64,000 bases of DNA from Akkermansia sp. (GTDB taxonomy: Bacteria; Verrucomicrobiota; Verrucomicrobiia; Verrucomicrobiales; Akkermansiaceae): NCBI GenBank assembly GCA_051884295.1, contig JBJEVK010000048.1:3820-67819 (forward strand), read 5' to 3'. The translations under genes were made by a program, and so were the position numbers. Below the pieces are notes generated by a model. That model was given only the letters and a program-made list of their open reading frames with translations. It made no database searches and had not been told where the DNA came from. Position 1 is the stretch's first letter, and each line of letters starts with the position of its first letter. Positions 18,613-29,214 of the stretch are shown piece by piece.

Positions 18613-20007
18613 ATGAGCGATTCTTACATTTACGACAATCTGGAGGAGTACCTGAAGCTGGGGCAGACGGTGCTGAGCCCGACGATGTATTTGGGCGCGG
18701 GCTTGCAGCCCTACTGGATGCGCGAGGCGACCTACGTCCCCGTGGACGAGGAGGCTGCCGCCCTGAGTCAGGAGGACATGCAGCGGCTGGTGGAGAGCGT
18801 GACCACCCCCGATCAGCGCGCGGAATTGGACGAGCAGGGAGCCGTAGACTTCATTGCCGAGAGTCCCTCCGTGGGCAAGTACCACCTCTACCTCTACGCA
18901 CAGGAAGAGGGCTATCTGCTGGTGACGCTGAGCCTGCATGTGGACAGCTACTTGCAACAGGGGCTGGACTGCAAGTGCTCGGATATTCACCTGCCCTCGG
19001 CTTGCGCGCCCTCGTGGCGCCGCCACGGCTTGTTGCAGCCCATCTGGGAGGGTGCTCCCACCCTGACGCGCGAGGATGCCGAGTGTCTGGTCAACAGTTT
19101 CCTCGGCGCGAAGGAGTGGGCTCGCCTGCGCGAGGTGGGCGATGTGGATTTCGCCTACCAGAACGAGCACGGCCGCTACCGCGCCTCGGTGGTGTCGCAG
19201 CGCCTGGGCTATGACATCTGCTACCGCATCATCAACAGCAAGATTCTGACGATGGAGGACATCAACCTGCCCAAGGAGTATGTGGTGCCGCTGACGCGGT
19301 TCACCAACGGGCTCATTCTGGTGACGGGTGCCGTGGGCTCGGGCAAGTCGACCACGCTGGCCTCCATCATCGACTTCATCAACGGCGACCGCAAGGATCA
19401 CATCATCACGCTGGAGGATCCCATCGAAACGGTGTTCCCCTGCCGCGAGTGCCAGGTCAACCAGCGCGAGGTGCACAGGCACACGGAATCCTTCGGCCGC
19501 GCCCTGCGCGCTGCCCTGCGTGAGGATCCGGATGTCATCATGGTGGGCGAGATGCGCAACCTGGAGACCATTTCGCTGGCGCTCTCGGCCGCAGAGACGG
19601 GTCACCTGGTGCTGGGCACCCTGCACACGGGCTCGGCGGCGCGCACCATCGACCGTATTTTGGATGCCTTCCCCGTGGAGGAGCGCGACCACATCCGCGT
19701 GATGGTGTCGGAGTCGCTGCGCGGCGTGTTCTCGCAGCAGCTCGTGCCCAAGAAAGACGGCAGCGGGCGCGTGATGGCGCTCGAGCTGCTGGTGAACACG
19801 GCGGCCATTGCCAACTGCATCCGCGAGGGCAAGACCTTCATGATTCCCGGCCTGATTCAGACGGGCAAGTCGCAGGGTATGCGCCTGATGGATGATTCGC
19901 TGCAAGAGCTCTACAAGCAAGGGCTGATTTCGGCGCTGGAGTGCCGCATGCGCGCCACCGACTCGGCCACCATGTCCAAGTTCCTTGCCGCTAACCCCGA
20001 ACACTGA
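18613..20007 (+). CDS. PilT/PilU family type IV pilus ATPase with duplicated N-terminal domain
   Basis: Walker A GAVGSGKSTT, TLEDPIE, DPDVIMVGEMR, TLHT, AIANCIRE; start placed at MSDSYI. Confidence 0.9.
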   Translation: MSDSYIYDNLEEYLKLGQTVLSPTMYLGAGLQPYWMREATYVPVDEEAAALSQEDMQRLVESVTTPDQRAELDEQGAVDFIAESPSVGKYHLYLYAQEEGYLLVTLSLHVDSYLQQGLDCKCSDIHLPSACAPSWRRHGLLQPIWEGAPTLTREDAECLVNSFLGAKEWARLREVGDVDFAYQNEHGRYRASVVSQRLGYDICYRIINSKILTMEDINLPKEYVVPLTRFTNGLILVTGAVGSGKSTTLASIIDFINGDRKDHIITLEDPIETVFPCRECQVNQREVHRHTESFGRALRAALREDPDVIMVGEMRNLETISLALSAAETGHLVLGTLHTGSAARTIDRILDAFPVEERDHIRVMVSESLRGVFSQQLVPKKDGSGRVMALELLVNTAAIANCIREGKTFMIPGLIQTGKSQGMRLMDDSLQELYKQGLISALECRMRATDSATMSKFLAANPEH

Positions 20008-20024
20008 ACCTTTTCCGAACGACG

Positions 20025-21119
20025 ATGAGCAACAAAATTGACCACTATTTCCGCATTCTGGTGGAGCAGGGCGGTTCTGACCTGCACCTGTCGGAGGGGC
20101 AGCCCGCTAAAATCCGCGTCCACGGCTCCATTGTGCCCGTGGAGGACAGCGTGCTGACCCACGAGCAGATGGTGGAGCTGATGCAGCCCATCTGCCCGCC
20201 CAAGCTTTGGGCGCAGTACACCGAGGGCGGGGATGCCGACTTTGCCTACGAGATGGATGAAACCTCGCGTTTTCGCTGCAACTACATGAAGCAGCAGCGC
20301 GGCTATTGCTGCGTGTTCCGTCTCATCCCGACCAAGATCCTGACGCTGGAGCAGCTCAACGTGCCCGAGCAAATCAAGAAATTCGGTGAGATGAAGTCCG
20401 GCCTCGTGCTGGTGACGGGGCCGACGGGCTCGGGCAAATCGACCACGCTGGCCGCCATCATTGATTACATCAACACGAACTACTCGCGCCACATCATCAC
20501 GGTGGAGGAGCCCATCGAGTTCGTGCACCCCAGCAAGAAGAGCATCATCACCCAGCGCGAGGTGCCCAACAACTGCCCGACCTTCGCGGACGGTCTGCGC
20601 GCCTCGCTGCGCGAGGATACGGATATCGTGCTGGTGGGCGAAATGCGCGATTTGGAGACCATTTCGCTGGCGCTGACGGCGGCGGAGACAGGGCTGCTCG
20701 TGTTCGGTACCCTGCACACGAACAACGCGCGCAAGACGGTGGATCGTATCATCGACGTGTTCCCCGCCGAGCAGCAGGCGCAGGCGCGCACCATGCTGGC
20801 GGGCTCGCTGCGCGGCGTGGTGGCGCAGTTGCTCATGAAGCGCTGCGACAAGCCGGGGCGCGTGGCCGTCAACGAAATCCTCTTCGCCACGCCCGCCGTG
20901 TCGGCCATCATCCGCGAGGGCGCAACGCAGAAGCTGGCGGATGTCATCGTGGGCGGCAAGCAGCTGGGTATGCAGTTCATGGACGATGCCATTTGGGAAA
21001 AACTGCTCGCCGGGCAGGTGTCGCCCGAAGAGGCTTACATGAAAGCCATCGACAAGAAGCGCTTCCAGAATTTCCTGCCTCCCGAGAGTGCGGCCTTGGC
21101 CAACGCCGGCGGCGCATAA
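20025..21119 (+). CDS. pilT: Type IV pilus twitching motility ATPase PilT
   Basis: GSDLHL, GPTGSGKSTT, EEPIE, VGEMRD, TLHT. Confidence 0.92.
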   Translation: MSNKIDHYFRILVEQGGSDLHLSEGQPAKIRVHGSIVPVEDSVLTHEQMVELMQPICPPKLWAQYTEGGDADFAYEMDETSRFRCNYMKQQRGYCCVFRLIPTKILTLEQLNVPEQIKKFGEMKSGLVLVTGPTGSGKSTTLAAIIDYINTNYSRHIITVEEPIEFVHPSKKSIITQREVPNNCPTFADGLRASLREDTDIVLVGEMRDLETISLALTAAETGLLVFGTLHTNNARKTVDRIIDVFPAEQQAQARTMLAGSLRGVVAQLLMKRCDKPGRVAVNEILFATPAVSAIIREGATQKLADVIVGGKQLGMQFMDDAIWEKLLAGQVSPEEAYMKAIDKKRFQNFLPPESAALANAGGA

Positions 21120-21202
21120 AGCCGTTGCCGCATCCGTGGCTGCCGAGCGAGCGCGTCCTCCCTGTGTCGGGGGATGCGCTCCTGCTTTTTGGGTGCTGCG
21201 CC

Positions 21203-22228
21203 TCAGTTGTAGAGGTCGATGCCGAGCTTGGCCAAATCGCTCAGCGAGAGGGAGCAGGGGTCGGGCGCGACCCAGTGACCGGGCTCGATTTCCTGCGGGG
21301 TCAGATCCATGCCGTAGGTGACCTCGAGGTAAGGGTGGTTGATGCGCCGCCCGAAGGCGCTGCCCGGCGGCGGGTCAATGGGGGAGGGTACATCGCCCGG
21401 CAGGATGGGGATGTGGCGCCTCTGCATCGGGTCGGGGACGGGGATGGCGGAGAGCAGCGCCTTGGTGTAGGCGTGGCGCGGGCGGTGGTAGAGCGCCTTG
21501 GCCGGCGCCATCTCGACAATTTTGCCGAGGTACATGACGGCCACGCGGTCGGAAATATGGCGCACGACGGAAAGATCGTGCGAGATGAAGAGGTAGGCCA
21601 TTTTCAGCTCACGCTGCAGGTCGAGCAGCAGGTTGAGTACCTGAGACTGCACGGAGACATCCAGCGCGCTGACGGGTTCATCGAGCACCAGCAGCTTGGG
21701 GCCCAGCGCGATGGCGCGGGCGATGCCGATGCGCTGGCGCTGCCCGCCCGAAAATTCGTGCGGGAACTTGTCGGCGGCGGAGGCGGGCAGCCCCACGAGG
21801 TCGAGCAGCAGCTCCACCCGCTTGCGGCGCGAGGCGCGCGTGCCGAGCCCGTGGATTTCCAGCGGTTCCGCAATCAGGTGGCGCACATCCATGCGCGGGT
21901 TGAGCGATTCAGCCGGGTCTTGGAATACCATCTGCACGCGGCGGCGCAGCTTGCGCAGCGCCCACTGCGAGCGGTGGGTGATGTCCTGCCCCATGAAGCG
22001 GATGCAGCCGTCCGTGGGATTGAGCAGGCGCACGATGCAGCGCCCGATGGTGCTCTTGCCGCAGCCGCTCTCGCCCACAAGCCCCAGCGTCTCGCCCGGG
22101 GCGATGGAGAAGGAGACATCATCCACCGCCTTGAGGAGGCCGCCTTGCCTGCCCGTTGCGCGGCGCTGCACGGGGAAGTGCATCCGCAGTCGGTTCACTT
22201 CGAGAATGTGGGTGGGAGCGGCACGCAT
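21203..22228 (-). CDS. Oligopeptide/dipeptide ABC transporter ATP-binding protein (OppF/AppF-like)
   Basis: GESGCGKST, FSGGQRQR, LDEPVSALD, HAYTKALLSAIP. Confidence 0.93.
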   Translation of the reverse strand: MRAAPTHILEVNRLRMHFPVQRRATGRQGGLLKAVDDVSFSIAPGETLGLVGESGCGKSTIGRCIVRLLNPTDGCIRFMGQDITHRSQWALRKLRRRVQMVFQDPAESLNPRMDVRHLIAEPLEIHGLGTRASRRKRVELLLDLVGLPASAADKFPHEFSGGQRQRIGIARAIALGPKLLVLDEPVSALDVSVQSQVLNLLLDLQRELKMAYLFISHDLSVVRHISDRVAVMYLGKIVEMAPAKALYHRPRHAYTKALLSAIPVPDPMQRRHIPILPGDVPSPIDPPPGSAFGRRINHPYLEVTYGMDLTPQEIEPGHWVAPDPCSLSLSDLAKLGIDLYN

Positions 22229-22252
22229 GGAGGGTGGGGGAGAACGCACGCT

Positions 22253-22281
22253 ATTCTATCACGCCCCCCGCACGCTGGCAA
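22253..22281 (-). promoter_or_regulatory. Sigma70-like promoter for the ABC ATPase gene
   Basis: Minus strand TTGCCA-17-TAGAAT with TGn. Confidence 0.6.
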
Positions 22282-22639
22282 GCGGCAAAAACAACGCGCG
22301 CAGCGACCGCTCATTGCAAATTCCTCACTCTGGATGATCAGCATGTTTCGAGCGGTATCAACAAAGGGTATCTGCGCGGGAAACTGCCCAGCGGCTCGGG
22401 CTTCCACTGTTGTCGCGTTTACAGATCGGCGGGTTACCCGCCTCAATACTCAGTAGGAAAGCCTTACAACCCTTGAATAGGCACTGTGTTGCGGTAGTGT
22501 CCCGATTATTGACTTATTCATAATTTATTTATTGTCTGTATACTACAACGAGCGATCCAATGCTCGATGAGTTCTCTTTGACATTCTGAAAACCTTCGAT
22601 ACCCGGCAGATTTGAAATTACACCGTGGAGGGTGGATAT

Positions 22640-22785
22640 AGCATTTTGAATGCTGTAGCAAGACTATTTATGCAAGACGCAGCTAATGAGCGTGTTGTGT
22701 TTTTTCTAATTGACAAAGTTCGTCGGCAATCATTTATATCTCGCTGGCTATCTGCAGACTGTACCATAACAGCATTCAAAATGCT
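22640..22785. promoter_or_regulatory. Putative invertible promoter segment A
   Basis: Perfect 17-bp inverted repeat AGCATTTTGAATGCTGT (22640-22656) / ACAGCATTCAAAATGCT (22769-22785) around 112 bp; TATAAT abuts the right repeat (22786-22791). Confidence 0.75.
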
Positions 22786-22801
22786 TATAATGCCTTTTGT
22801 T

Positions 22802-23770
22802 ATGCTGCAAATTTCTACGGAGGAATCTCGGTTGATTAACATCGGACGATTATGCGGGGTGTTGGGGGTGGTGGCTATTCACTGTCGCCTTAATTCTCCC
22901 GTTATTGTCTCTCAAGTGCCCGAAGAGTTGTTGGAGCAGGTGCATTCGTGGTATTGTCTGCTTACTTTTTTCCCGGCATTGCCGATGTTGTTCATTTTGT
23001 CCGGCTACCTGTTCTTCCGCGATGTGGGGGAGGTTTATGGGTGGAAGGAGAATTATTGGATGAAGCTGAAGCGGCGTGGATTGTCGCTTGGCCTTTTTTT
23101 TGTTTTTTGGACCGTGGGTGGTTTTTTGTTTAATGTGTTCATTAGGAAAAATATGCCGGAAGGGGTGACGATTGAGAGGTTTTTATACTCCGGAATGGGT
23201 ATGTGGTATATACGCTCTTTGATGTGTTTTTCCCTCCTGTCTCCGTTGTATTATTTTATCGTCCGCTATCTGAAGCACCTGACTCCCGTCGTTTGCGTAC
23301 TCCTCTTTCCTGTGATACCTATTAACTTTGTGTGGTTTAATGTATACATCCTGTTGGGAGCCTACCTGGCTTATCACGGTATTTCGCTGATGAAAATCGC
23401 TTCGCTGTTGGATTGGAGGATGGCGGTGATAGCTTATTTTGGGATGATGGTTGCTTCTGCCTTTTGGGGGATTCATGTTCCGTGTCTCGTTACCATATTT
23501 GTCGCGTTGGCTGTTTGCCGGGGTATTCTGTTGTGTGTTCCGATACCGACGAGCTTCGTTGCCGGTTCGACATTTATCTATGTGGCTCATTTTTACATTG
23601 TCGGCGGAATGAAAAAAGGTCTTTTCACCTTGTTGCCTCATGAGTTTCCTTATTATCTTCTGAATATGTTGGTGAATTTCACGGTGACACCGATGATTTG
23701 TATTGCTGTATATATTGTTATCCGTCGTTTCCCACGTGTGTGTATGCTGATGACCGGGGGGCGGGGATAA
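22802..23770 (+). CDS. Acyltransferase family 3 (O-acetyltransferase-like) membrane protein, AT-rich
   Basis: N-terminal INIGRLCGVLGVVAIH, LFILSGYLF, MWYIRSL, STFIYVAH, about 10 hydrophobic segments. The ORF-track start at 22625 runs through the invertible segment, so the start is placed at MLQIS. Confidence 0.85.
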   Translation: MLQISTEESRLINIGRLCGVLGVVAIHCRLNSPVIVSQVPEELLEQVHSWYCLLTFFPALPMLFILSGYLFFRDVGEVYGWKENYWMKLKRRGLSLGLFFVFWTVGGFLFNVFIRKNMPEGVTIERFLYSGMGMWYIRSLMCFSLLSPLYYFIVRYLKHLTPVVCVLLFPVIPINFVWFNVYILLGAYLAYHGISLMKIASLLDWRMAVIAYFGMMVASAFWGIHVPCLVTIFVALAVCRGILLCVPIPTSFVAGSTFIYVAHFYIVGGMKKGLFTLLPHEFPYYLLNMLVNFTVTPMICIAVYIVIRRFPRVCMLMTGGRG

Positions 23771-23793
23771 AATGCAGCACCGGACGGATGTGC

Positions 23794-23826
23794 AAAAAAA
23801 CACCTTACGATGTTACTCGTAAGGTG
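23794..23826 (-). terminator. Rho-independent terminator of leuS
   Basis: CACCTTACGA/TCGTAAGGTG 10-bp stem followed by T7 on the minus strand. Confidence 0.8.
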
Positions 23827-23858
23827 CTGAGGATGAGGCTTGCAGGACGCTCGGAAAA

Positions 23859-26435
23859 TCAGTTCGCCACGATGTTGACCAGGCGACCCGGCACCACGAC
23901 GACCTTGCGCACGGTCTTGCCCGCCGTGAACTCGACCACGCGGGGCGAGGCGAGGGCGGCGGCTTCCAGCTCCTCCTTGGCAGCATCGATGGCTACCGTC
24001 ATGCGGTCGCGCAGCTTGCCGTTCACTTGAATGACAATCTCGCGCGTGTTTTCCACGAGGTATTCCTCCCGGTAGCTCGGCCAGGGCTGCGCGCAGAGCT
24101 GCTGCTGCGGCAGCTCGGGGAAAGCGGCGCAGAGAAGACTGTAGAGCTCCTCGGTGATGTGCGGGGCAAAGGGGTTGAGCACATGGAGCAGGGTGGCGTA
24201 GTCGCTGAGTGCGACATTCTCCGCTGCCGTCATGGCATTGGTGCATTCCATCATCTTGGAAATGGCGGTGTTGAAGCTCATGGCCTCGATGTCCTCCGTC
24301 ACCTTCTTGATGGTCTTGTGCAGCTCCTTGCGCACGGGCGTCACCTTGCCGTCATCGGCGGCAGTGACCTTGCCGGAGAGCTGCCACTCGCCCTGCTGAT
24401 TTTCGACCATGGCGATGCGCCATACGCGGGCGAGGAAGCGGCTGATGCCCTCCACACCCTTGGTCGCCCAGGGCTTGACCTCCTTCAGGGGACCCATGAA
24501 CATCTCGTAAAGGCGGATGGAGTCCGCCCCGTACGCGCGCACGATGTCGTCGGGGTTGACCACATTGCCGCGGCTCTTGGACATCTTCTGCCCGTCCTCG
24601 CCGAGAATCAGCCCCTGGTTGACCAGTTTGTTGAAGGGCTCGTTGGTGGACACCAAGCCGTAGTCGTAGAGTACCTTGTGCCAGAAGCGGGCATAGAGCA
24701 GGTGCAGCACGGCGTGCTCGGTGCCGCCGACGTAGAGGTCGACACCGCCGGGATTGCCGCTGCTGCCCATCCAGTACTCCTCGACCTTCTTGTCGACAAA
24801 GGCGCGGTCGTTCTTGGGGTCGAGGTAGCGCAGGTAGTACCAGCAGGAGCCCGCCCACTGGGGCATGGTGTTCGTTTCGCGGGTGTAGCGGTCGGAGTAG
24901 TGAATCCAGTCGGTCGCCTTGACCAGCGGGCCGCGGGGGTCGCCGCTGGGCTTGAAATCCTCCATCTCCGGCTGCAGCAGGGGCAGCTCGCTCTCCGGGA
25001 TGGCGTAGTGGTGGCCGTCCTCCTTATCCCAGATGATGGGGAAAGGCTCGCCCCAGTAGCGCTGGCGGCTGAAGAGCCAGTCGCGCAGCTTGTAGTTCAC
25101 CTTGCCGTGGCCGAAGCCCTGTTCCTCCAGCCAGGCAATCATGCGCTTCTTGGCCTCCGGCACGGAGAGCCCGTTGAGGTGCTCGGAGTTGACCATCGTG
25201 CCGTTGTAGCCCACAAAGTCCTTCCACGGGGTGGCGGGATCATCGGGCTGCACGACCTGCAGGATGGGCAGTCCGAACTTGGTGGCAAACTCGTAGTCGC
25301 GGCTGTCGTGCGCCGGCACGGCCATGACCGCGCCCGTGCCGTAACCGGCCAGCACGTAGTCGGTAATCCAGATGGGAATCTCGCGCCCGTTGACGGGGTT
25401 GACGGCGTAGGCTCCCGTAAAGACACCCGTCTTTTCCTTGGCAAGGTCGGTGCGCTCCAGATCGCTCTTGCCGGCGCAGGCGGCGCGGTAGTCCTCCACC
25501 GCCGCGCGCTGCTCGGGCGTGGTGATGGCATCCACCAGCTCGTGCTCGGGCGAGAGCACCATGTAGGTGGCGCCGTAGAGGGTGTCGGGGCGGGTGGTGT
25601 AGACGGTGATGCGGTGCTCACCGCAGGGGAAGGTGACTTCTGCGCCCTGGCTCTTGCCGATCCAGTTGCGCTGCAGCAGCTTGATGCTCTCCGGCCAGTC
25701 GAGAGGCTCGAGCTCATCAATCAGGCGCTCGGCGTAGGCGGTGATGCGCAGCATCCACTGGCGCAGCTTGCGGCGCTCCACGGTAAAGCCCTTGCTCTTC
25801 CACTCCTCGGCTTCCTCGTTGGCCAGCACGGTGCCCATGTCGGGGCTCCAGTTCACCATCCCCTCGGCCACATAGGCCAAGCGCACCTCGTCAATCTGTT
25901 CGCGCGTCCAACCCTTCGCCTCCAGCTCGCTGACGGGGCGGGCCTTGTTCAGCTCCGTGTTGTAGTAGGAGTTGTACAGGCGCAGGAAAATCCACTGCGT
26001 CCAGCGCACATAGTGCGGGTCGGTGGTGGCGATTTCGCGATCCCAGTCGTAGGAAAAGCCCAGCATCTTGAGCTGGCGGCGGAAATTGTCGATGTTGGCG
26101 TAGGTGGTGATGCTCGGGTGCTGCCCCGTCTTGATGGCATACTGCTCGGCGGGCAGACCGAAGGAATCCCAGCCCATGGGATGCAGCACGTTGAACCCGC
26201 GCATGCGCTTGTAACGGCTCACAATATCCGTCGCCGTGTACCCCTCGGGGTGGCCGACGTGCAGCCCCGCGCCGCTGGGGTAGGGGAACATATCGAGAAT
26301 GTAGCATTTGGGCTTGGAGGCATCAAAGCCCGCTTCGCCCGGGTTGGCCACGCGAAAGGTCTTTTCGGCATCCCAGACGGCCTGCCACTTCGGCTCAAAA
26401 ACATCGAACGGATACGGATTCTTGCGGTCGGACAT
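23859..26435 (-). CDS. leuS: Leucine--tRNA ligase
   Basis: [33 protein letters not shown]; true start MSDRKNPY lies inside the over-long ORF-track call. Confidence 0.97.
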   Translation of the reverse strand: MSDRKNPYPFDVFEPKWQAVWDAEKTFRVANPGEAGFDASKPKCYILDMFPYPSGAGLHVGHPEGYTATDIVSRYKRMRGFNVLHPMGWDSFGLPAEQYAIKTGQHPSITTYANIDNFRRQLKMLGFSYDWDREIATTDPHYVRWTQWIFLRLYNSYYNTELNKARPVSELEAKGWTREQIDEVRLAYVAEGMVNWSPDMGTVLANEEAEEWKSKGFTVERRKLRQWMLRITAYAERLIDELEPLDWPESIKLLQRNWIGKSQGAEVTFPCGEHRITVYTTRPDTLYGATYMVLSPEHELVDAITTPEQRAAVEDYRAACAGKSDLERTDLAKEKTGVFTGAYAVNPVNGREIPIWITDYVLAGYGTGAVMAVPAHDSRDYEFATKFGLPILQVVQPDDPATPWKDFVGYNGTMVNSEHLNGLSVPEAKKRMIAWLEEQGFGHGKVNYKLRDWLFSRQRYWGEPFPIIWDKEDGHHYAIPESELPLLQPEMEDFKPSGDPRGPLVKATDWIHYSDRYTRETNTMPQWAGSCWYYLRYLDPKNDRAFVDKKVEEYWMGSSGNPGGVDLYVGGTEHAVLHLLYARFWHKVLYDYGLVSTNEPFNKLVNQGLILGEDGQKMSKSRGNVVNPDDIVRAYGADSIRLYEMFMGPLKEVKPWATKGVEGISRFLARVWRIAMVENQQGEWQLSGKVTAADDGKVTPVRKELHKTIKKVTEDIEAMSFNTAISKMMECTNAMTAAENVALSDYATLLHVLNPFAPHITEELYSLLCAAFPELPQQQLCAQPWPSYREEYLVENTREIVIQVNGKLRDRMTVAIDAAKEELEAAALASPRVVEFTAGKTVRKVVVVPGRLVNIVAN

Positions 26436-26445
26436 ATCGCGCGCG

Positions 26446-26474
26446 ACTATAACGCGCCTGCGGCGGAAATGCAA
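26446..26474 (-). promoter_or_regulatory. Sigma70-like promoter for leuS
   Basis: Minus strand TTGCAT-17-TATAGT. Confidence 0.6.
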
Positions 26475-26577
26475 GGCTGATGTGCCCCCATGACACGCGT
26501 CCGCCCGCTCGGACGGCAGAAGCCCCCGCAGCGCGGGCAGGGCGCGCGCGAAATCTCTCGCATGCCCCCATTGTCGC

Positions 26578-26606
26578 TTGCCATACGGCGGGCGCTTTGC
26601 TAGAAT
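26578..26606 (+). promoter_or_regulatory. Sigma70-like promoter for the PBP gene
   Basis: TTGCCA-17-TAGAAT with TGn. Confidence 0.62.
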
Positions 26607-26618
26607 CGTGCCGTAAGC

Positions 26619-29207
26619 ATGGACCCGCTGGAAGAATTTCGGAGCCGCCGCGCGGCTGATGAGCACCGCCATCGCGCCAAGGAGAACACCTACCGCCGCG
26701 ATGCCCATCCCGTGCGGCGCTTTTTTCGGCGGCTCTTCCTGCTGGGGCTGTTGGCGGCCGTGGTGATGGCCGCGCTGGGCTACCTGCTGTTCACAGTGAT
26801 TACCGCCAAGTATTCCAAGTGGGCTGAGGAGTTCAACCTGGAGGACATCAATAACCTCGACCACCCCTGCATCATTTACGACCGCAATCAGCAGGAAATC
26901 GGGCGCATCTACGATGAGAACCGCAGCTATGTGACCATCGACCGCATCTCGCGCAGCATGATCGATGCGCTCGTGGCGCAGGAGGACAAGACTTTCTGGA
27001 CGCACCACGGCTTTGACCCCATGGGCATCCTGCGCGCGGCCAAGGAAGCCGCCGCCGCCCACGGCAGAGCCAATCAGGGCGCCTCGACCATCACGCAGCA
27101 GCTGGCGCGCAATGCCTACGACCTGGAGCGCCGCACGCAGGCGCGCGGCGGCAGCCGCTACGAGCGTAAAATTGTGGAGATTTTCTTGGCTATGCGTATT
27201 GAGGACAAGTACGACAAGAGCCAAATCATGGAGTTCTACCTCAACCGCGTCTACTTCGGCCGCGGCTTCTACGGCATCCGCTCGGCCTCGCTGGGCTACT
27301 TCGGCAAGGAACCCGCCGACCTGACCGTGCGCGAGGCGGCCAGCATCGCCGCTCTCATCAAGAATCCCGAGAACTACAACCCCATCCGCAACCCCAAGCT
27401 CAATCAAACCTGGCGCAACGATGTCATCGATCGCATGGAGCGCGCGGGTTATCTGACGGCGGGTGAGGCGGCGCGCGTGAAGGAGCAGCCATTGGGGCTC
27501 AACCCCAAGCCGCTGCGCCGCAACACCTCTTTCCTCCACTCGATTGTGCAGCAGCAGGCGGTGGACATCTTCCGCAACCCCGAGCGCGGCGAGGAAATCG
27601 TCAAGAGCCGCGGCATCAAGGTCTACACAACCATCGACAAGCAGATGCAGGAGGCGGCGGAGAGTGCTCTCTCCAAGCGCCTGAGCGAGTTGGAACAGCA
27701 CGAGGGCTACGCCCACGTGCGCTTTGAGGACAAGGACGACCCGCGCTGCGCCCAGCACCGCTACATCGACGGAGCGGTGTACGCCGTTGACAACAAGACG
27801 GGCGGGGTGCTGGTCTACGTGGGCGGGCGCAACTTCGAGCGCGATAATTTCGATATCATCGATGCGGGACGCCGCCCCCTGGGCACGGCCATGCTGCCTT
27901 TCCTCTACATGAGTGCCTTTGACAACGGCTATTCGCCTTGCTCGCGCCTGGTCGACGACGCCATGGACAACCGGCTGGCGGGCATCGGCGGTTCGGAGGG
28001 AATTTTGGGCGAATGGGGCATGGAGGTCAACAAGGGGCGCTACCTCGATTCGGTGACGGCGCGCCAGGCGCTGGAGTGGAGCAAAATCGCCGCGTCGGCG
28101 CGGCTCGGCATCGCTCTGGGCTCGCATCCGACCAAGGGAGCCAAGGCCTTTGTCGACACCCTGACCAACGTGGGTATCACCCCGCCGCCGCGCAACGCCT
28201 CCAGCACCGAGGCCAAGCCGCAGTATTATCCCCGCGTCTATCTGGGCACGGAGCCCGCCTCGCTGCGCGAGGTGACCATGGCCTACACGGTGTTCCCCAA
28301 CGCGGGGCGCCGCCCCATCGCCCCCTACATCGTCACCAAGGTGACGGACAGCAACGGCAAGATCCTGTGGGAAAATCCCCTGGCCGTCACGCACAACATG
28401 GTGGCGAGCACCACCCCCTGCACAGCCTACCGCCTGCACAGTATCATGCGCGAATCGCTCGACAAGGGCTCCGTGCAGCGTCTGCGCCCCTATCTGCCCG
28501 ACGGCTTCAACGGCGCGGCCAAAACCGGCACCAACTACGATTTTGCCGACAACGCGCTCTTTGTCTACAACTCCTCCTTCACCTGCGGCATCTGGCTGGG
28601 CTTCCTCAACGACCACCAGCCCATTTATCCCGAGGCATTCGGCGGCGACACCTGTGCGCCCATCATGGGGGCGGTGTTGCAGGCGGCGGGCAAGCGCTAC
28701 GCGGATGAGCCCCTGCCGCTGCCCGAGGGCGTGGAGGAGGTGGAAATCTGCACCACCGGCGGTCAGCTTGCGACGAACTTCTGCTTTGAATCGGTGATGC
28801 GCAACGGCAAGGCAGGCTATGTGCGCCCCACCTACCGCGAGTATTTCAACAAGGGCGATGTGTCGTTGGGCCTCTGCTCGGTGCACGGCGACGGGAGCCC
28901 CTCGCTCGTGGACTTTCTCGACATTCACGGCGGCCGCCTGAGCAACACGCGTGTGCTGCCCGTGCTGCCCGTGCTGCCCAAATCCTCGGCGCTGCTCGGC
29001 AAGGATCCCTACGAGTGCGACACCACCCTCTCGCCCAAGTACAAGGATGCTGCGGACTTGGGGGATGCCGGCAGCACGGCCGAAGAGGTGAGCGAGAGCG
29101 CCGACGACACCCCCGCGGAGGCGGGCGAAACCCCGACCGACAGCTCGCTGCAGCTGACACCGCCCCGCCCCCTGCGCCATTTGCCCCTTGTCCCCCTTCA
29201 ACTCTGA
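26619..29207 (+). CDS. Class A penicillin-binding protein (PBP1A-like): GT51 domain plus degenerate transpeptidase domain
   Basis: [41 protein letters not shown]; KTG retained, SxxK and SxN not. Confidence 0.88.
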   Translation: MDPLEEFRSRRAADEHRHRAKENTYRRDAHPVRRFFRRLFLLGLLAAVVMAALGYLLFTVITAKYSKWAEEFNLEDINNLDHPCIIYDRNQQEIGRIYDENRSYVTIDRISRSMIDALVAQEDKTFWTHHGFDPMGILRAAKEAAAAHGRANQGASTITQQLARNAYDLERRTQARGGSRYERKIVEIFLAMRIEDKYDKSQIMEFYLNRVYFGRGFYGIRSASLGYFGKEPADLTVREAASIAALIKNPENYNPIRNPKLNQTWRNDVIDRMERAGYLTAGEAARVKEQPLGLNPKPLRRNTSFLHSIVQQQAVDIFRNPERGEEIVKSRGIKVYTTIDKQMQEAAESALSKRLSELEQHEGYAHVRFEDKDDPRCAQHRYIDGAVYAVDNKTGGVLVYVGGRNFERDNFDIIDAGRRPLGTAMLPFLYMSAFDNGYSPCSRLVDDAMDNRLAGIGGSEGILGEWGMEVNKGRYLDSVTARQALEWSKIAASARLGIALGSHPTKGAKAFVDTLTNVGITPPPRNASSTEAKPQYYPRVYLGTEPASLREVTMAYTVFPNAGRRPIAPYIVTKVTDSNGKILWENPLAVTHNMVASTTPCTAYRLHSIMRESLDKGSVQRLRPYLPDGFNGAAKTGTNYDFADNALFVYNSSFTCGIWLGFLNDHQPIYPEAFGGDTCAPIMGAVLQAAGKRYADEPLPLPEGVEEVEICTTGGQLATNFCFESVMRNGKAGYVRPTYREYFNKGDVSLGLCSVHGDGSPSLVDFLDIHGGRLSNTRVLPVLPVLPKSSALLGKDPYECDTTLSPKYKDAADLGDAGSTAEEVSESADDTPAEAGETPTDSSLQLTPPRPLRHLPLVPLQL

Positions 29208-29214
29208 TTTTCCC

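Noticed and set aside
21203-22228. Orphan ABC ATPase without permease or binding-protein partners
   Set aside because: Scattered opp/dpp genes are common, and partners are probably elsewhere in the genome.
22625-22801. N-terminal extension of the acyltransferase in the ORF track
   Set aside because: It runs through the putative invertible segment and upstream of the TATAAT. The family-like sequence begins near MLQIS.
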